Shown: positions 1 to 12,909 of the stretch, one piece after another | Layout: the number at the start of each line of letters is the position of its first letter | Position numbering within the stretch: position 1 is the first letter of the stretch | DNA from: Squalus acanthias | Taxonomy: Eukaryota | Length of the DNA: 64,000 nucleotides | NCBI GenBank assembly: GCA_030390025.1 | Contig: CM059432.1 | Span: 85,748,001 to 85,812,000 of the forward strand | Direction of reading: 5' to 3' | Notes under the pieces: model-generated | Seen by the model: only the letters and a program-made list of their open reading frames with translations | Database searches by the model: none | Told to the model about the DNA's origin: nothing | Translations under genes and position numbers: made by a program

Positions 1-258
1 TGGATCATCCACTCGGCACTTCTGGCTGAAGATGGTTGCAAACGCTTCAGCCTTGTCTTTTGCACTCACGTGCTGGGCTCCACCATCATTGAGGATGGGG
101 ATATTCATGGCGCCTCCTCCTCCCGTTAGTTGTTTAATGGTCCACCACCATTCAAGACTGGATGTGGCAGGACTGCAGAGCTTTGATCTGATCCGTTGAT
201 TGTAGGATCACTTAGCCCTGTCTATAGCATGCTGATTTCGCTGTTTAGCATGCATGTT
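1..258 (-). mobile_element. LINE fragment (CR1/L2-group), same family as 14190-17168, running off the window start
   Basis: Reverse complement closely matches about 15250-15505 (MNIPILNDGGAQH..AKDKAEAFATIFSQKCRVDD). It abuts Harbinger sequence at 259. Confidence 0.85.
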
Positions 259-1011
259 GAGGAAGCTCATCCTCGGCCTGTAAACCCTGTGTTGGGGGTA
301 TCTCCTGCGGCGCAGCCCTGCAGTGATGCCCTCTGACCTGTGCAGCATCAGGTGGCTGAGGAGAAGGTTGGCACTCCTGTTGGTGCTGCTGGTGTGCCTG
401 GTTCTGCTGCTGCCATGGCTACTCTTCCTCCAAAGCTAAGGACCAGGATGAGAGGGTATAATTGGTTACCATTCTGCTGGTCCATATGTCAGTTGAGGAA
501 GAGATGTTATAAGCGCTCAGTCAATGTGGGGAGAGGTTATTCCAAGGAGGTCACAGTGCATATAGATCTCAGGACAAACACTTACAACCTCAATACACCT
601 GAAAAATGTCTTCCAAATCCTGAAAACAGAAAGTTCTGGCATCTGAAATTGAACTAATGTTGCAGGTTAGCTTTTATGCTGTAGTTGCAGCTGTGAACTA
701 TTCAGCTTGTTGCAATACCCAACACAATCAGCTGGCGTGTTTGTCGAACGCGTGGAGCACGCTGAAAATGTGGCAAAATCAAAAAAGCCTGTAAAAAAAG
801 GATTAAGCAGGTAGTTAACAAGCTGTTAACTACCTTAAGTGCCTCTCCCGCCGCTTGGTGTCGGGTCTGATCAGAAGTCACAGACCCGACACTTTGGAAA
901 GTCGCGTGGAAGCGGGATGGTGGCGGGTTCGCAACCCGCCATCAATCATTTTGATTTTAACTCTGGACCCACCTCCAAACCTGCCCTATGAACGCCGACA
1001 AAATCACGGCT
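259..1011 (-). mobile_element. End of a PIF/Harbinger element (subfamily B): transposase 5' region and terminal repeat
   Basis: Similar to 43560-44360 and to the reverse complement of 12063-13140. Ends AAAATCACGGCT followed by TTA. Confidence 0.7.
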
Positions 1012-2743
1012 TTAGTTACTAAAGTGGGAAAAATAGAATACTCTCGAGCAGAATAGGCAGAGGCCTGGGAGCAGGCACCTAGAGGAAGCAAAGAGACCGG
1101 AACATGGAGAAAAAATAGTGAAGAAAACTGCTGGCACCTGATATTGTAAATGTTCTGTCCTAGAGCACTAACCTTCATCTCAATAACTAAAAAGTAATTT
1201 ATCAAGTCAGTTAAATATTTTATTAACTTCTTAGTTCCCTTCTATATATGGTAAGCTTGGTTAATCTGCATTACCAAGACTGAGAAATGACTTATATTAG
1301 CTGAAAAACTTTTAGGTTTTAAACAATTTTTATTATGTGGTATAATAGTAAAACCAGAGGCATTTGTATTTAGGACACCACACCTATGCATCTTAAATGT
1401 GATGCTTCTAGTTACTGGGAATATGGGAAGACTTACAGAAATTGTACTGGTGTACCAAGGGGGAATTCACTGACTTTCCATGGGTTAATGCATGTTCTAA
1501 AAACACTAAATCAGCGAGAGATGTTCACCCCATATTTGAACTGTACCGTGGACAAAAGCAGTTCCCTGCTCCAATTCTGTGCAGACTTTTTTGTATGAAT
1601 ACAAAATGTTCAGGTGGAGCTTCAATGTTCCTGGTGTAAATTTGAATGTCTTTAGTAGTAGCCACTTGTGTATTGCTGCTGGGGTTATTATTCACCTTGT
1701 CTAAAACACGCAAGATCATGTAACACTAATTTATTTTAAATGTTAGCTTGGTTGAAACTTTCCATTTCTGCAGGTGGCTAGAGCCTGAATTGAGCTAATG
1801 TCTACAGCGCGAATAGTTGGAGCTCATCCATTGCAACCACGGGCTAAAAATTTTGGAGTGGAAGAGTTCCCACTACTGGCCCTGTGTATCAGTGGTGGTC
1901 GGTAACATGAGAAAAGTGATGCATTACTACCTCTACAAGGGTTCATGTGGGCCCCACCAGTGGGTGTGGCCTTGCAAGTGGCCTCCACCCCTGAAGATGA
2001 TCATTTTATTAACAAAATTACTAAATTTCCTGGACCAGCCCTTTTGCTCAGTCATCCTCCTCTTGGCTCCACAAAAACATTGTGGGTATTTCAAAATTCA
2101 ACTTTAAAAAAAGTTAAATTAGGTTAAAGAAGGATATTCTGTGTCTCTCTCCACTTAATGTGCTTTCTGAAACAGCAATAGCCTGCTTCAGATTTAAATA
2201 AATATATTTTCTGTAAACAATAATTATTTTTGATTTCTCAGTATAAACAAAACAAAGCACGGGTGTAATAATCATTCACTTTCTCTGAAATAGGCTTTCT
2301 ATCATACTAAGCATTTAAAAGTGGTTTAAATCAAATGTTACATGATTCTCTGGTTTGCTTTCAAATCATTTGGAATAAAAGAAAGGGCTAGAAATTCATT
2401 ATAGCCCAGGAATGGACAGTATCATTAGAAAAGTTGGAGACTTTGCGGCAGGCGCTAATGCTTTAGACTGCACGCAAAATTCATGCTCACTGCTCAAAGA
2501 AATGATTGGAGTCCTAATTCAAGTCTTAAAGCCCAAGCTCATTTGCATTACATTCAAAGGGTGGACCAATATCAGGTGCAGTCTAATCGCAAGTCATGAT
2601 TGCCACAGGCTTTTTTCAGTTCTTAAAGGGGAGGTTCATTGCTGCTGCAGAACCTTATTCTCAGGATTGCTGGCTGTGCAGCTTCTTCAGTAAGCAGCAG
2701 CAGGTCAAGGAGAAGGAGCCAGAGGACTGAAGCAGCTGTACTC

Positions 2744-4627
2744 ATGGCCCCAGGGAAAGAGCCCGCAGATTCAGAGATCAAGCATTGGAGGCGCTGGTGT
2801 TCACTGTGGAGAGACGGAGGGCGGTGCTCTACCCGACAAGTGGCCGGAGGCCCTCATCGCAAGTCTTCCGTACCATGCGGAGGAGGTAGTGCAGCACGTC
2901 TCGGGCAGCACTGTGGTCCCCAGGAGCCACACACAGTGCAGGAAGAAATTTAACAACCTCTCTCGGGTGGTCAGGGTGAGTCAATGCTTCAACAAATGCT
3001 ACATACCACCGTCTGAACCACAGTCTGCACACACTGCCCAAAGCACCACACCCCCAGCATTCACCCACCAACAATCTCCACCTACCAACACTCACACCCA
3101 GATCTCACAACTTGCACACAATGACAGCTATTCAACTATGGCAGGCACATCACCCAAACACATTGCTCCACACTCATTCACACACTTTCCTTTCTCTTGC
3201 AGCCCAAGGTGGCTCACAACAGGAGGGAGCAGGAGCGCACAGGCGAGGGACAAACCGACACCCAACCACTGTCTGCGCTGGAAAATAGTGTGCTGGAGAT
3301 TATTGGGCGCCAGGTGGTGGGCGCCGTGGCCACAGGCAACGTTGACCCCCTTGGGGACAACAACGGTATGTTCATCCCTACTCCTTCTTCTCACATCCCA
3401 CTTCCCCCTCACCCCACAAGCCTTTCGCACTTCCCAGCTAATCATGCTGTATGCATGCATTTCTCCCTTCCTGCCCCCCTCCCCTCACCTTAACCCGACT
3501 CTTGTGCCTTTATGCTTTCAGATAATCACCAAGCACCTGAGTAGCCTGACCCTGAGGGCACCGTAGAGAGCAAGGTGGGAGAAGAGGAGGAGAAAGAACA
3601 CACCGCGTCACTGCATGCCTCTCCTGCAGGCACCAGCTCAGATACTGGCACTACACGTTCTTTAGAGGCTAGTATAGTAGCGGGATCTGCACAGGGTGAG
3701 GCACCGGGGACGAGTGGGCTGCAGCAAGACCAGAGGAAAAGGTTAGCTCGGGGGCCAGCTCCCCAGAGGGCGAGTTCTGCTGCACAGGACTTAGATGAGG
3801 ACCTCGATGGGGAAGCCTTTAGAAGAAGGGTAATGGTCATACACACGGAGATGATAGGTGCAATGGCAAGGGTGCTCGAGAGCCTCTCGGCAGTGATAAG
3901 AACCATGGAGGAGTCCGCCTCCAACATTGCACAAGGCTCTGTGAAAACCATGGAGCCCATCATTTCCAGTCTGCAAAGGATAGTTGACTCCCAGAGAGAC
4001 CATGGCAACCCAGACCTGATGCCGCGTGTGATGGGCGATCTGGCAGCTTCCATTGCAGGACAGGCGGAACAGATGCAATGTCTTAGTGCTGTGATGCAGT
4101 CTATGGTTGGTGCCATCCAATCTCAGACTGCTCTCATTCAGTCTCAGCTTGATGCCATGCAAGCTCTGTCTGCTGCCATCGTGGCTGCGTCTACCACCGT
4201 CGACCGGGGTTTTCACGTTGTTGCAGCAGGCCAGCAATCTGTGTTGCAGCAGATTACTAGGGATGCTGAGGTGCTGCCCCAGGGGAGTGGCAGTGGGTCA
4301 CTGGAGCAGGAACCTCCTGTCATCTCTCAGGATGACAGCATTCCTGCTCTCACCACTGCCACTCCGCCATTGCCCTTGTCGCTGCCTGTCATCCAGCCAG
4401 CCCAGACTGCTGCCACCCATGCTGAGGTGGTGCCATCTACAACCGGGCCTTCCAGGGCCAGAGCTGGCCGAGGGCGTCCTGCAAGGCCATCTGAAGTCTC
4501 CCGCACGGACACTCAGCAGCCTTCCACCAGCCCTGCTGCAGCCACTGGGCCAACACTTCATAGGAGCACAAGAGTAGACAAAGGCACAGTAACGCAAGGC
4601 ACTAAGGGATTGCACAAGGGTGAATAG
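2744..4627 (+). pseudogene. Harbinger Myb/SANT-like DNA-binding protein gene, 3 exons (2744-2975, 3203-3365, 3522-4627), disrupted
   Basis: Exon 1 translates RARRFRDQALEALV..RRAVLYP..EEVVQHVS..RSHTQCRKKFNNL (MSANTD/NAIF1-like Myb). GT-AG junctions at 2976/3202 and 3366/3521. Frameshifts in exon 1 and a TAG early in exon 3. Confidence 0.8.
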
Positions 4628-4792
4628 TTAATATTTTTGGTGTAAATATGTGTTCACTAATTATTGATAAATGTATTCATTCAGTTTGGATTCTTTTGTG
4701 GTGTGTCTCATTTCAGCTTTGTGCTGTGATATGGCCTGTGACAGGGATGGAATGATGGGGATGTGGTGAGCAACGGGGATCTGGGGTTTAAT

Positions 4793-5951
4793 TCATTCGA
4801 ACCGCAGTCTGATGAGGCGGTCATGGACCGCCCTTCTGGAAGGCCGATTGAGTGGCTGCCTCCTCCCTCGCTCCTGTTCCTCCTCTCCGTCATCCTCCTC
4901 ATCTTCCTCTTCCTCCTCCTCCTCACCCTCTTCCTCCTCCTGACGTGGTCCACAATCCCTGGTGGCAAGGGCTGGGCCCTCATGATGGCCAAGTTGTGGA
5001 GCATGCAACAGACCACCACGAAATGGGACACCCGCTCCGCCGAGTACTGGGGGGCTCCTCCCGAGTGGTCAAGGCAGCGGAACTGTTGCTTCAGCAGCCC
5101 GAAGGTCTGCTCAGTGATGTTCCTGGTGGCAGCATAGCTCTCATTATATCAGTGTTGGGGTTGCGGAGGGGAGTCACGAGCCAGGTGGAGAGCGGACAGC
5201 CCTTGTCTCCGACCAGCCAGCAGCGAGCTTGACTTGGTGGCTGGAAGACTGCTGGCACACCGGTCTGGTGCAGGATGAAGGCATCGTGGCTGCTGCCAGG
5301 ATAGCGGGCATTGACATTGAGGATTAGCTGTGTGTGGTCGCACACCAACTGCACATTAAGTGATTGCAGTTACGGAAGACCTCTGGATTGTTATGCGGTG
5401 CCCGCAAAGCCAAATGGGTGCAGTCAATAGCGCCCTGCACCATGGGGAATCCCGCTATCCTGGCAAAGCCGCATGCCCGCTCTTCATGCTTCTCTCTGGT
5501 GATGGGGAAGGAAATGTAGTCCCTTCTCCTACTGTAGAGAGCCTCTGTGACCTCCCGGATGCAGCGATGGACGGCGAACTGCAAGATGTTAGCTATGTCT
5601 CCTGTTGCAGACTGGAAGGATCCGCTGGCGAAGAAATTGAGGGCGACGGTGACCTTGACTGCCACTGAGAGAGCCGTGGTCACCCTGATCTGAGGCTGGA
5701 GGTCTAGTTGCAGGAGGTGGCAGAGTTCTGTGACCACCTCCTTGGTGAAGTGGAGCCTTCTCTTACACTGCTCCTCGCTTAATTGGAGGTGGGAAAAGTG
5801 TTCTCGGAATACCCTCGGAGGGTAAGGCCTCCTGTTGAGAGCCCTGATGGCCCTCCTTCTCCCTCTGGCCACATGTTCCAGTCTTTCTCGCTGCCTCCGC
5901 CGTAGATCCTGGAGGGCGAGGTCGACTGCCAGTGTCTAATTAATCCCCCAT
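4793..5951 (-). pseudogene. Harbinger (HARBI1-like) DDE transposase, frameshifted
   Basis: Motifs GFPMVQGAIDCTH, YPGSSHDAFIL, WLVGDKG, NITEQTFGLLKQQFRCLD, VCCMLHN and an acidic tail are spread over several frames. Confidence 0.9.
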
Positions 5952-7672
5952 TAATGTAACCAAGTGTAGCAGTTTGATTTTTTAAGAATAAATGTAGCTA
6001 CTTTTTAGTTGCCACAACACTCCTGATACTAAATAACCTTGAAATCACGGAATGAGACTGTTGCACTGTATGAAACTGACAAGAAAGCACTGAAACTCCA
6101 CTAACCTACAGCTGCAACTTATTACTGATGATCCCTTTAAGTAACGTCCCTGGAGCTGGCTTCCTCGTGCTTCACGCTCTCCCTGTCGCTGTTCCCTCCA
6201 AGCGCTAAGGTAGGTGGCGACAATCAATTTTGCAGATCGGGCAGTCATTGAGCGATGCACACTCACTGACGTCACGATCCACCTGGCATTGAGGCTCCCG
6301 GCGATAGCTGTTAGCGGCGGCGCTGCGGGGGGGGGGCGGGATTTGGCGTCCGGCGCTGGATTTGCCTCACCCCAGCGATAATGCTCCAGCGCCCCTTTAG
6401 CACCAGCAGATGGCACTAACCGGAGGCGCTAAGGTAGCGAATATTTGCCCCAAAGAAACTCAAAAATCCTGTTACAAAGTATTTACAGCACAGAAACAGG
6501 CCATTCAGCCCAACAGGCCCATGCTGGTTTTTATGTTCCACAAGAGCCACCTCCTATCCCTCTTCATCTAACCCCATCAACATATCCTTCTATTCCTTTA
6601 TCCGTCATGTGTTTATCTAGCTTCCTCTTGAATGTATCTATGCTATTTGCCTCAACTACTCCCTGTGGTAGCAAGTTCCACATTCTAGCCATTCTCTGTG
6701 CAAAGAAGTTTCTCCTGAATTCCCTATTGGATTTATTTATGGCCCCTAGTTCTGCTCTCGCCCGCAAGTGGAAACTTGTTTTCTACGTCTAGCCTATCAA
6801 ACCCTTTCATAATCATGAAGACCTCTATCAGGTCACCCCTCAGTTTTCTCTTTTCTAGAGAAAACAGCCCCAGCCTGTTCAATCTTTTCTAATGGGTATA
6901 ACCGCTCAGTTCTGGTATCATTCTAGTAAATCTTTTTTGTACTTTCTCCAGTGCCTCTATGTCCTTTTTATAATATCGAGACCAGACTGTTCACAGTACT
7001 CCAAATGTGGTCTAACCAAGGTTCTATACAAATTTAAAGAATTTTTCTGCTTTCAATTCTATCCCTCTAGAAATGAACCACAGTGCTTTGTTTGCTTTTT
7101 TTATGGGTTTATTGACCTGTGTCGCAACTTTTAGTGATCTGTGTGTCTGTACCTCAGATCCCTCTGTTCCTTCACCCCATTTAGACACTTAGGGCTAAAA
7201 ATTCAGGGGTTTAGCGAAGGCCGTTACCACCTGATTCGGAGAAAAAAATAGCGGCCGCCACATTTTTGCCCACTGCCGGCGGGTCCTGCGTTGGCCATCA
7301 TTTTCGGCTGGGCGGCAGCGTTGCTGATGTCAGCGCTCGCGAAAATTATGTAGATTATGCAGATCATGACGTCAGTGAGCGTGCAACGATCACTTGACAC
7401 CCGATCTGCCATTTTCGACTTCGCCGCCTTAAGTGTGACTAGCTGAGCAAGTGTTGACCAGCAGGAAGGAGGCTCCAGCAGCGATATCTAAAGGGATCAT
7501 CAGCAGCAACTTGCACCTGACATGTTTCTGCAGTTTGACTGGCTCTGTGGAACTTTCTGCAGCAGATATATAAACTTCTTTCAAGGGCCTAAGGTAACAG
7601 GAGTGTTGGGGCAAGTGAAGAACGCCATCATTCTTATTTAAAGGCTTCTGCTCACAACACTTGCTCATAATC

Positions 7673-8800
7673 ATGGGGGCTTTACTGGCAGTCCCCCTCG
7701 CACTCGAGTATCTTAGGGAGAGGGAGTGGAGGCAGTGAAGAAGAGAAGATGCGTGCAGAGGGAGGAGGAGGATGGCCAGGAGGGCTCTCAACAGAAGGCC
7801 TTACCCATGTAGGGTCTTCAGAGAGCAATTTTCTTATATCCACTTAAGCAAGGAGCAGGGCATTCAGAGGCTCTGTTTCACGAAGGAGGTGGTCACAGAA
7901 CTCTGCCACCTCCTGCAACCAGACCTGCAGCCTCAGAGCAGGGCGACCACGGCTCTCCCAGTGCCCCTCAAGGTCACCGTGAGCCTCAATTTCTTTGCCA
8001 GCGGATCCTTCCAGTCTGCAGCAGGAGACATAGCTAACATCTCACAGTTCGCCATTCATTGCTGCATCTGGGAGGTCACACAGGCTCTCTACACCAGGAG
8101 AAGGGATTACGTTTTCTTCTCTTCAAACAGAGAGAAGCAGGACGAGCATGCATGTGGCTTTGCCAGGATAGCAGGATTCCCCATGGTGCAGGGCACCATC
8201 AACTGCACCCACGTGGCTTTGCGGGCGCCACATAACAATCCTGAGATCTTCCATAACTGCAAAGGTTACCACTCACTTAATGTGCAGTTGTTGTACAGCC
8301 ATGCCCAGCGCTTCCTGATGATCAATGCCCGCTATCCTGGCAGCAGTCATGATGCCTTCATCCTGCGTCAGTCCGGTGTGCCAGCAATCTTTCAGCCACC
8401 ACGTCAAACCCAAGGGTGGCTGCTCAGAGACAAGAACTATCCGCTCTTCAACTGGCTGATGACTCCCCTCCGCAACCCCACCACTCGTACCCAGTGCTCA
8501 TAAAATGAAAGCCATGCTGCCACCAGGAACATCATCGAGCAGACCATCGGCCTGCTGCAGCAAAGGTTCCGCTGCCTTGACCACTCGGGAGGAGCCCTCC
8601 AGTACTCGGTGTCCCATTTCGTGGTGGTCTGCCGCATGCTTCATAATTTGGCCATCATGAGGGCGCAGCCCTTGCCAGCAGGGATTGCGGGACCACCAGA
8701 GGAAGAGGGAAAGGAGGAGGAGGAAGGGAGGAAGCAGGCAGAAAATCTCCCTTCAGCATAGGCTGTCCATGAACACCTCATCAGACTCTGGTTTGAGTGA
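7673..8800 (+). pseudogene. Harbinger transposase, inactivated
   Basis: Starts MGALLAVPL. ORF 7772-8503 has GFPMVQGTINCTH (first catalytic D changed to N), KGYHSLNVQ and YPGSSHDAF. Several in-frame stops. Confidence 0.9.
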
Positions 8801-8979
8801 ATGAAACCCCAGATCCCCGTTGGTCACCACATCCCCATCATACCATCTCTCTGTCACGGAATATCACAGTGCACAGTGTCCTCCTGGGCACAAAGCTGAA
8901 ATGAGACCCACCACAAAACAACGATTCCAAACAAAATAATTAAATTTATTAAGAATCAATTTACACATACTATATCAAT

Positions 8980-10870
8980 TAATCACCCTTGTGCAATCCC
9001 TTAGTGCCTGTCGTTCAGGTGCCCTTTCCTGCTCTAGTCCTATGAAGTGCTCCCCCAGTGCCTGCAGCATGACTTGTGGAAGGCTGCTGAGTTTCCATGG
9101 GGAAGACTTCAGATGGCCTTGCAGGACGACCTTGAGCAGCTCTGGACCTAGATCGCCCGGCTGTTGACTGCACCACCTCGGCATCGGCGGCAACAGTCTG
9201 GGCTGGCTGGCTGACAGGCAGTAGCAAGGGCAATGGCGGAGCGGCAGTGGTGGGAACAGAAATGCTGTCATCCTGAGAGAGGGCAGCAGGCTCCTGCTCC
9301 ACTGACCCACTGCCACTCCCCTAGGGCAGCACCTCAGCATTCCTAGCAATCTGGTGGAGGACAGCTTGCTGGCCTTCTGTGACATCCTACAAGCTCCGTT
9401 CGACACTGGTAAACCCAGCCACGATGGCAGCAAGCTGAGACTGCAGGACAGCGATCTGTGCTTCTGCTGCAGCATTAAATTGTTGGGTCACTTCTGCCTG
9501 TGCTGCAATGGCAGGTGCAACATCGCCCATCACACGCAGCATCATGTCTGGGTCGACACGGTCTCTTCTGGAGTTTTCCATCATTTCCAGCCTGGAAATC
9601 CTGGGCTCCTTGCTCTGTGCAAAGCCCCGTGCAATGTTGGAAGCTGACTCCTCCATGCTCCTTGACATTGCTAAGAGGCTCTCTGGCAGGTTTGTCATTG
9701 CACCTAGGATTTCCGTGTGCATGCCCATCACCCTTCTTCTGAAGGACGCCCCAGTGAGATCCTCATCTGAGTCCTGTGCAGCAGAACTCGTGCACGAACT
9801 CGCCCTCTGGAGTGCTGGCCCCCGAGCTATCCTTTCCCCCTGGCCTTGCTGCAGCTCACTCGTGCCCGGTGCCTGAACCTGTGCAGATCCCGCTTCTACA
9901 CTAGCCTCTAAAATACACGCAGTGCCAGTTTCTGAACTGGTGTCTGCGAGTGACAGATGCAGTGATGCTGTGTCGTCTTCTTCTCCCCCCTTGCTCTCCT
10001 CCATCGCCTCGGGGTGAGGCTCTGTTGTTGCTTGTTCTTGGGGTTATCTGAAAGCAGAAAGGGTTATGGTGAGGGGGCAGGGGAAAGCAAGATATGCATG
10101 CATACCGCATCATCAGCTTGTAAGTGAGAAGAAATTGTGGGATGAGGGGGAAGTGGGATGTGAGAAGAAGGATTAGGAATGAGCATACCATTGTTGTCCT
10201 CAAGGGCTTCAACTTCTCCATTGCCACGGCCTCGGTGACAGCCCCTACAATGATGTTCAGAACTCTCTCCTCCAGTTGGCTCAAGGCCTGTATCACAGCT
10301 TGCCCCAGCCTGACTGCCGCTGCTCCCGACAATTGTGTGGGACCTTGACCTGCAAGAGAAAGGGAAGTGCATGAGTGAGTGTGGTGCAATGTGTTTGGGT
10401 GATGTGCCTGCCATAGGTGAATAGCTGTCAGTGTGCAAGGTGTGAGATGTGAGTGTGAGTTTTGCAGCAGTGGTAAGGTTGTGAGGGTGAAGTGAAGCTA
10501 TGATTGTGAGGTCTGAGTGGTGATAGGTAGAGATTGTTGGCAGGTTAGTGATGGGGGTGTGGTGCATTGAGCAGTGAGTGAGGCTTGTGGTGCAGATGAT
10601 GGAATATGGCATTTGCTGAAGCCTTCACTCACCTTGACCTGCCGTGTGAGGTCATTAAACCTCTTGCGGCATTGGATGAAGGACCTGGGGACCACACTGG
10701 TGGCTGTCGCATAGTCAGATATCTCCCGCCACAGCCTTCTGGACGTATGGGCTTATGGCTTCCTGCCGGCTTGCGGGAAGAGGACAGCCTGCCTCCTCTC
10801 CAGGGCCACCACCAGTGCTTCCAGAGCCTCATATGAGAATCGTCTTGCTCTCTCCCTGTGCTGAGGCTCA
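8980..10870 (-). pseudogene. Harbinger Myb/SANT-like gene, spliced and disrupted
   Basis: VVPRSFIQCRKRFNDL is followed by a GTGAGT donor at 10632. Exon 3 (ORF 9387-10004, 9015-9302) is homologous to 3575-4627. Confidence 0.8.
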
Positions 10871-12293
10871 GCCAGCTCTTTGTAGTTGCTTCCAAGTGGA
10901 GTTCCAAGTGGAATGACAATGAGGTGCTATTGCATCAATGCACCTCCCCTTTAAGTAGTAGATAAAGCCTGTGCCAAAGATGACTTGCAATTAAACTGCA
11001 CCCGATATTGGCCCATCTGTTGAGCGGTAAGCCAAAGAGCAGCAGTTTTAGCGCTAAGAGCAGCACTATAATCATGTTAATGAGGACAGAGCATGAATTT
11101 TGTGTGCTACCTAGAGCAGTTTGACACGGCGCAGCTTAATAGTGCTGGGCCATGACACTGCCCGTTTTCGGGACATATCCAATTTCTAGGCCTTATTTTC
11201 CAAGGAGCATGTGGCCTCCGTATTCTTCCTACCAAAATGTATTAACTTGCACTTAGTTATACTGAAGTTCATTTGCCAATTACATGCTCATTCTGCAAGT
11301 TTATTAATGTCTTCCTGTATTTTGTCGCAGTCCTCCTTTGTATTAACTATCCCCCCAATTTGGTGTCATCAGCAAATTTTGAAATTGTACTTCCGATTCC
11401 CAAGTCCAAATCATTTATGTAAATGGTGAACAGTTGTACAGTGAACGATATTGATGTATGCTGAAAGATTCTGTACACCTCTCGTGCTTAGACCATGGCA
11501 TTCTGGGAACTGTTAGGACATATAGTTGGTAACTCCCTTCAGTTGACAATGAGGAAAATATCAATTTCAAGCCCAGTCGTTCAAGAGCTAAGGCCTCAAA
11601 GTAAAACCTTACAGGAGATGCCCAAAAGTCATTTTAAAAGTACTTTTAGTTCTGTGATTGTGAAATATTACATTTTAATGTTTTTATGTTACAATCCTTA
11701 GGAATGTCAGGTGAAAGATTTTCAAAAAATATTTTCACTTTGTCACTTTCTGCAGTTTTTTGACTGAAAGATTTTGCTGACTATACATAGTTTCACAGTT
11801 CTGAATTGTTTTTTAAAAAAATAAGCAATTTGACCCAATTGGGTGAAAATATGATAGTGTTATGAACAGAATATGCACAGACGTAATGGCCTCGGCTTTC
11901 CATTTGAGGGGCATTTCTGGCAGGGTGGGAATTCCATCTGCTCCGAGATGTTCCCTTAACCCTGGAAATATTTCTGCTCCCAAGTCAGTTTACACGTAGG
12001 AGGTGGGGGAACGGGGGGTGGGGGGTGTAGGGGAGTCATACCAGACTGCTGATGGAGACTTGGGCCAGAATTTTCCCAGTGCCAAGCGTGCGGGTTTGGG
12101 GGGCAGGTCGGCAGTGAAAATCGCGGAAATTGACAGCGCGTCGGGAACCCGCCGACTTCCATATTTAACTTGGGCGCATTTCGAGGCATGCCACGGACCC
12201 ACTCAGGAGAGGTGGGCAATGTTATTGAAGTACTTAACTGCTTGATGAGAGACCCTTAACTGCCTTTTTAAAATCAGGTTTTGGCTTTAACTT

Positions 12294-12593
12294 AAATAAC
12301 AACAGAAAGCGCTGGAAAAACTCAGCAGGCCAGGCAACATCCGTGGAGAGAGAAACAGAATTAACGTTTCAGGTCAAAGACCCTTCGTCAGAACTGAGAA
12401 AAAAGCAGGAAATGAAACAGATGAAAAAGCAAGTTTGGAGGCTGGGGGAGGGAATAAAAGAACAAAAGGGGAGGTCTGTGAGAAGTAAAGAGACATTAGG
12501 AGATACTCAAGGCGAGACGAGATGGTAATAGGACAGGTTAAGAAACAAAAGATGGCTCTAGAAGTGTGAAATGCGCTGGCAGAATGAAAGACA
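12294..12593 (-). mobile_element. 300-bp non-coding Penelope-pLTR-like insertion with a hammerhead motif
   Basis: Flanked by a 10-bp direct repeat GCTTTAACTT (12284-12293, 12594-12603). Carries a hammerhead core. Degenerate relatives near 25070, 29545 and 60620. Confidence 0.7.
12359..12395 (-). ncRNA. Minimal type I hammerhead ribozyme motif
   Basis: Minus strand AGTT-CTGACGA-A-GGGTC-TTT-GACCT-GAAA-CG-TT-AATT: conserved core, helix II, palindromic ACGT helix III, helix I AGTT/AATT. Confidence 0.7.
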
Positions 12594-12909
12594 GCTTTAA
12601 CTTGTTGCGCACGGGATTCACGCACCTCGGGAACCTCGCCTGTGAAGGGGAGGCAGAAACTCAGTGACCATTGTGTGAGGGCATTAAGTGACAGCTGGAA
12701 AAAACATAAATACTCCCACATTACACCTGCTTCCTTGCCTAATGGAAAAGCTCTTACAGACTCCATTTAGTGCAGAGATTTAGCTGTCAGGAGTTTGCAG
12801 GTCATTTCTGCAACCTTGGAAGCCACTCTCACCACATTGCTAGTCACTATCAGAACATTGAGGGATTGGGCCTCTGATCTCCACTTTACCTGCCATCTAT
12901 CAGATCAGC

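Larger units (their letters stand above)
2385..6451. mobile_element. PIF/Harbinger DNA transposon (subfamily A), full-length but decayed
   Basis: Imperfect TIRs GGGCTAGAAATTC / GAATATTTGCCCC with AAA on both flanks. Contains convergent Myb-like (+) and transposase (-) genes. Confidence 0.9.
7192..11192. mobile_element. PIF/Harbinger DNA transposon (subfamily A), inverted relative to 2385-6451
   Basis: TIRs GGGCTAAAAATT / AATTTCTAGGCC. Perfect TTA TSD (7189-7191, 11193-11195). Confidence 0.93.
6470..11430 (-). mobile_element. CR1 LINE 3' fragment, split by the Harbinger at 7192-11192
   Basis: FRRNFFAQRMARMWNLLPQGVVEANSIDTFKRKLD is a CR1 ORF2 C-terminus. The sequence resumes after 11195 with RT-region remnants. 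Confidence 0.8.

Noticed and set aside
1012..2384. Possible last exons of a neighbouring gene (TERF1 neighbours SBSPON in human, from memory)
   Set aside because: No telobox-like peptide found. The acceptor-like TTTCTGCAG near 1773 is followed by stops in all frames within a few codons.
3575..4627. 350-aa ORF as a standalone host gene
   Set aside because: It is exon 3 of the Harbinger Myb-like gene and has homologues in the other elements.
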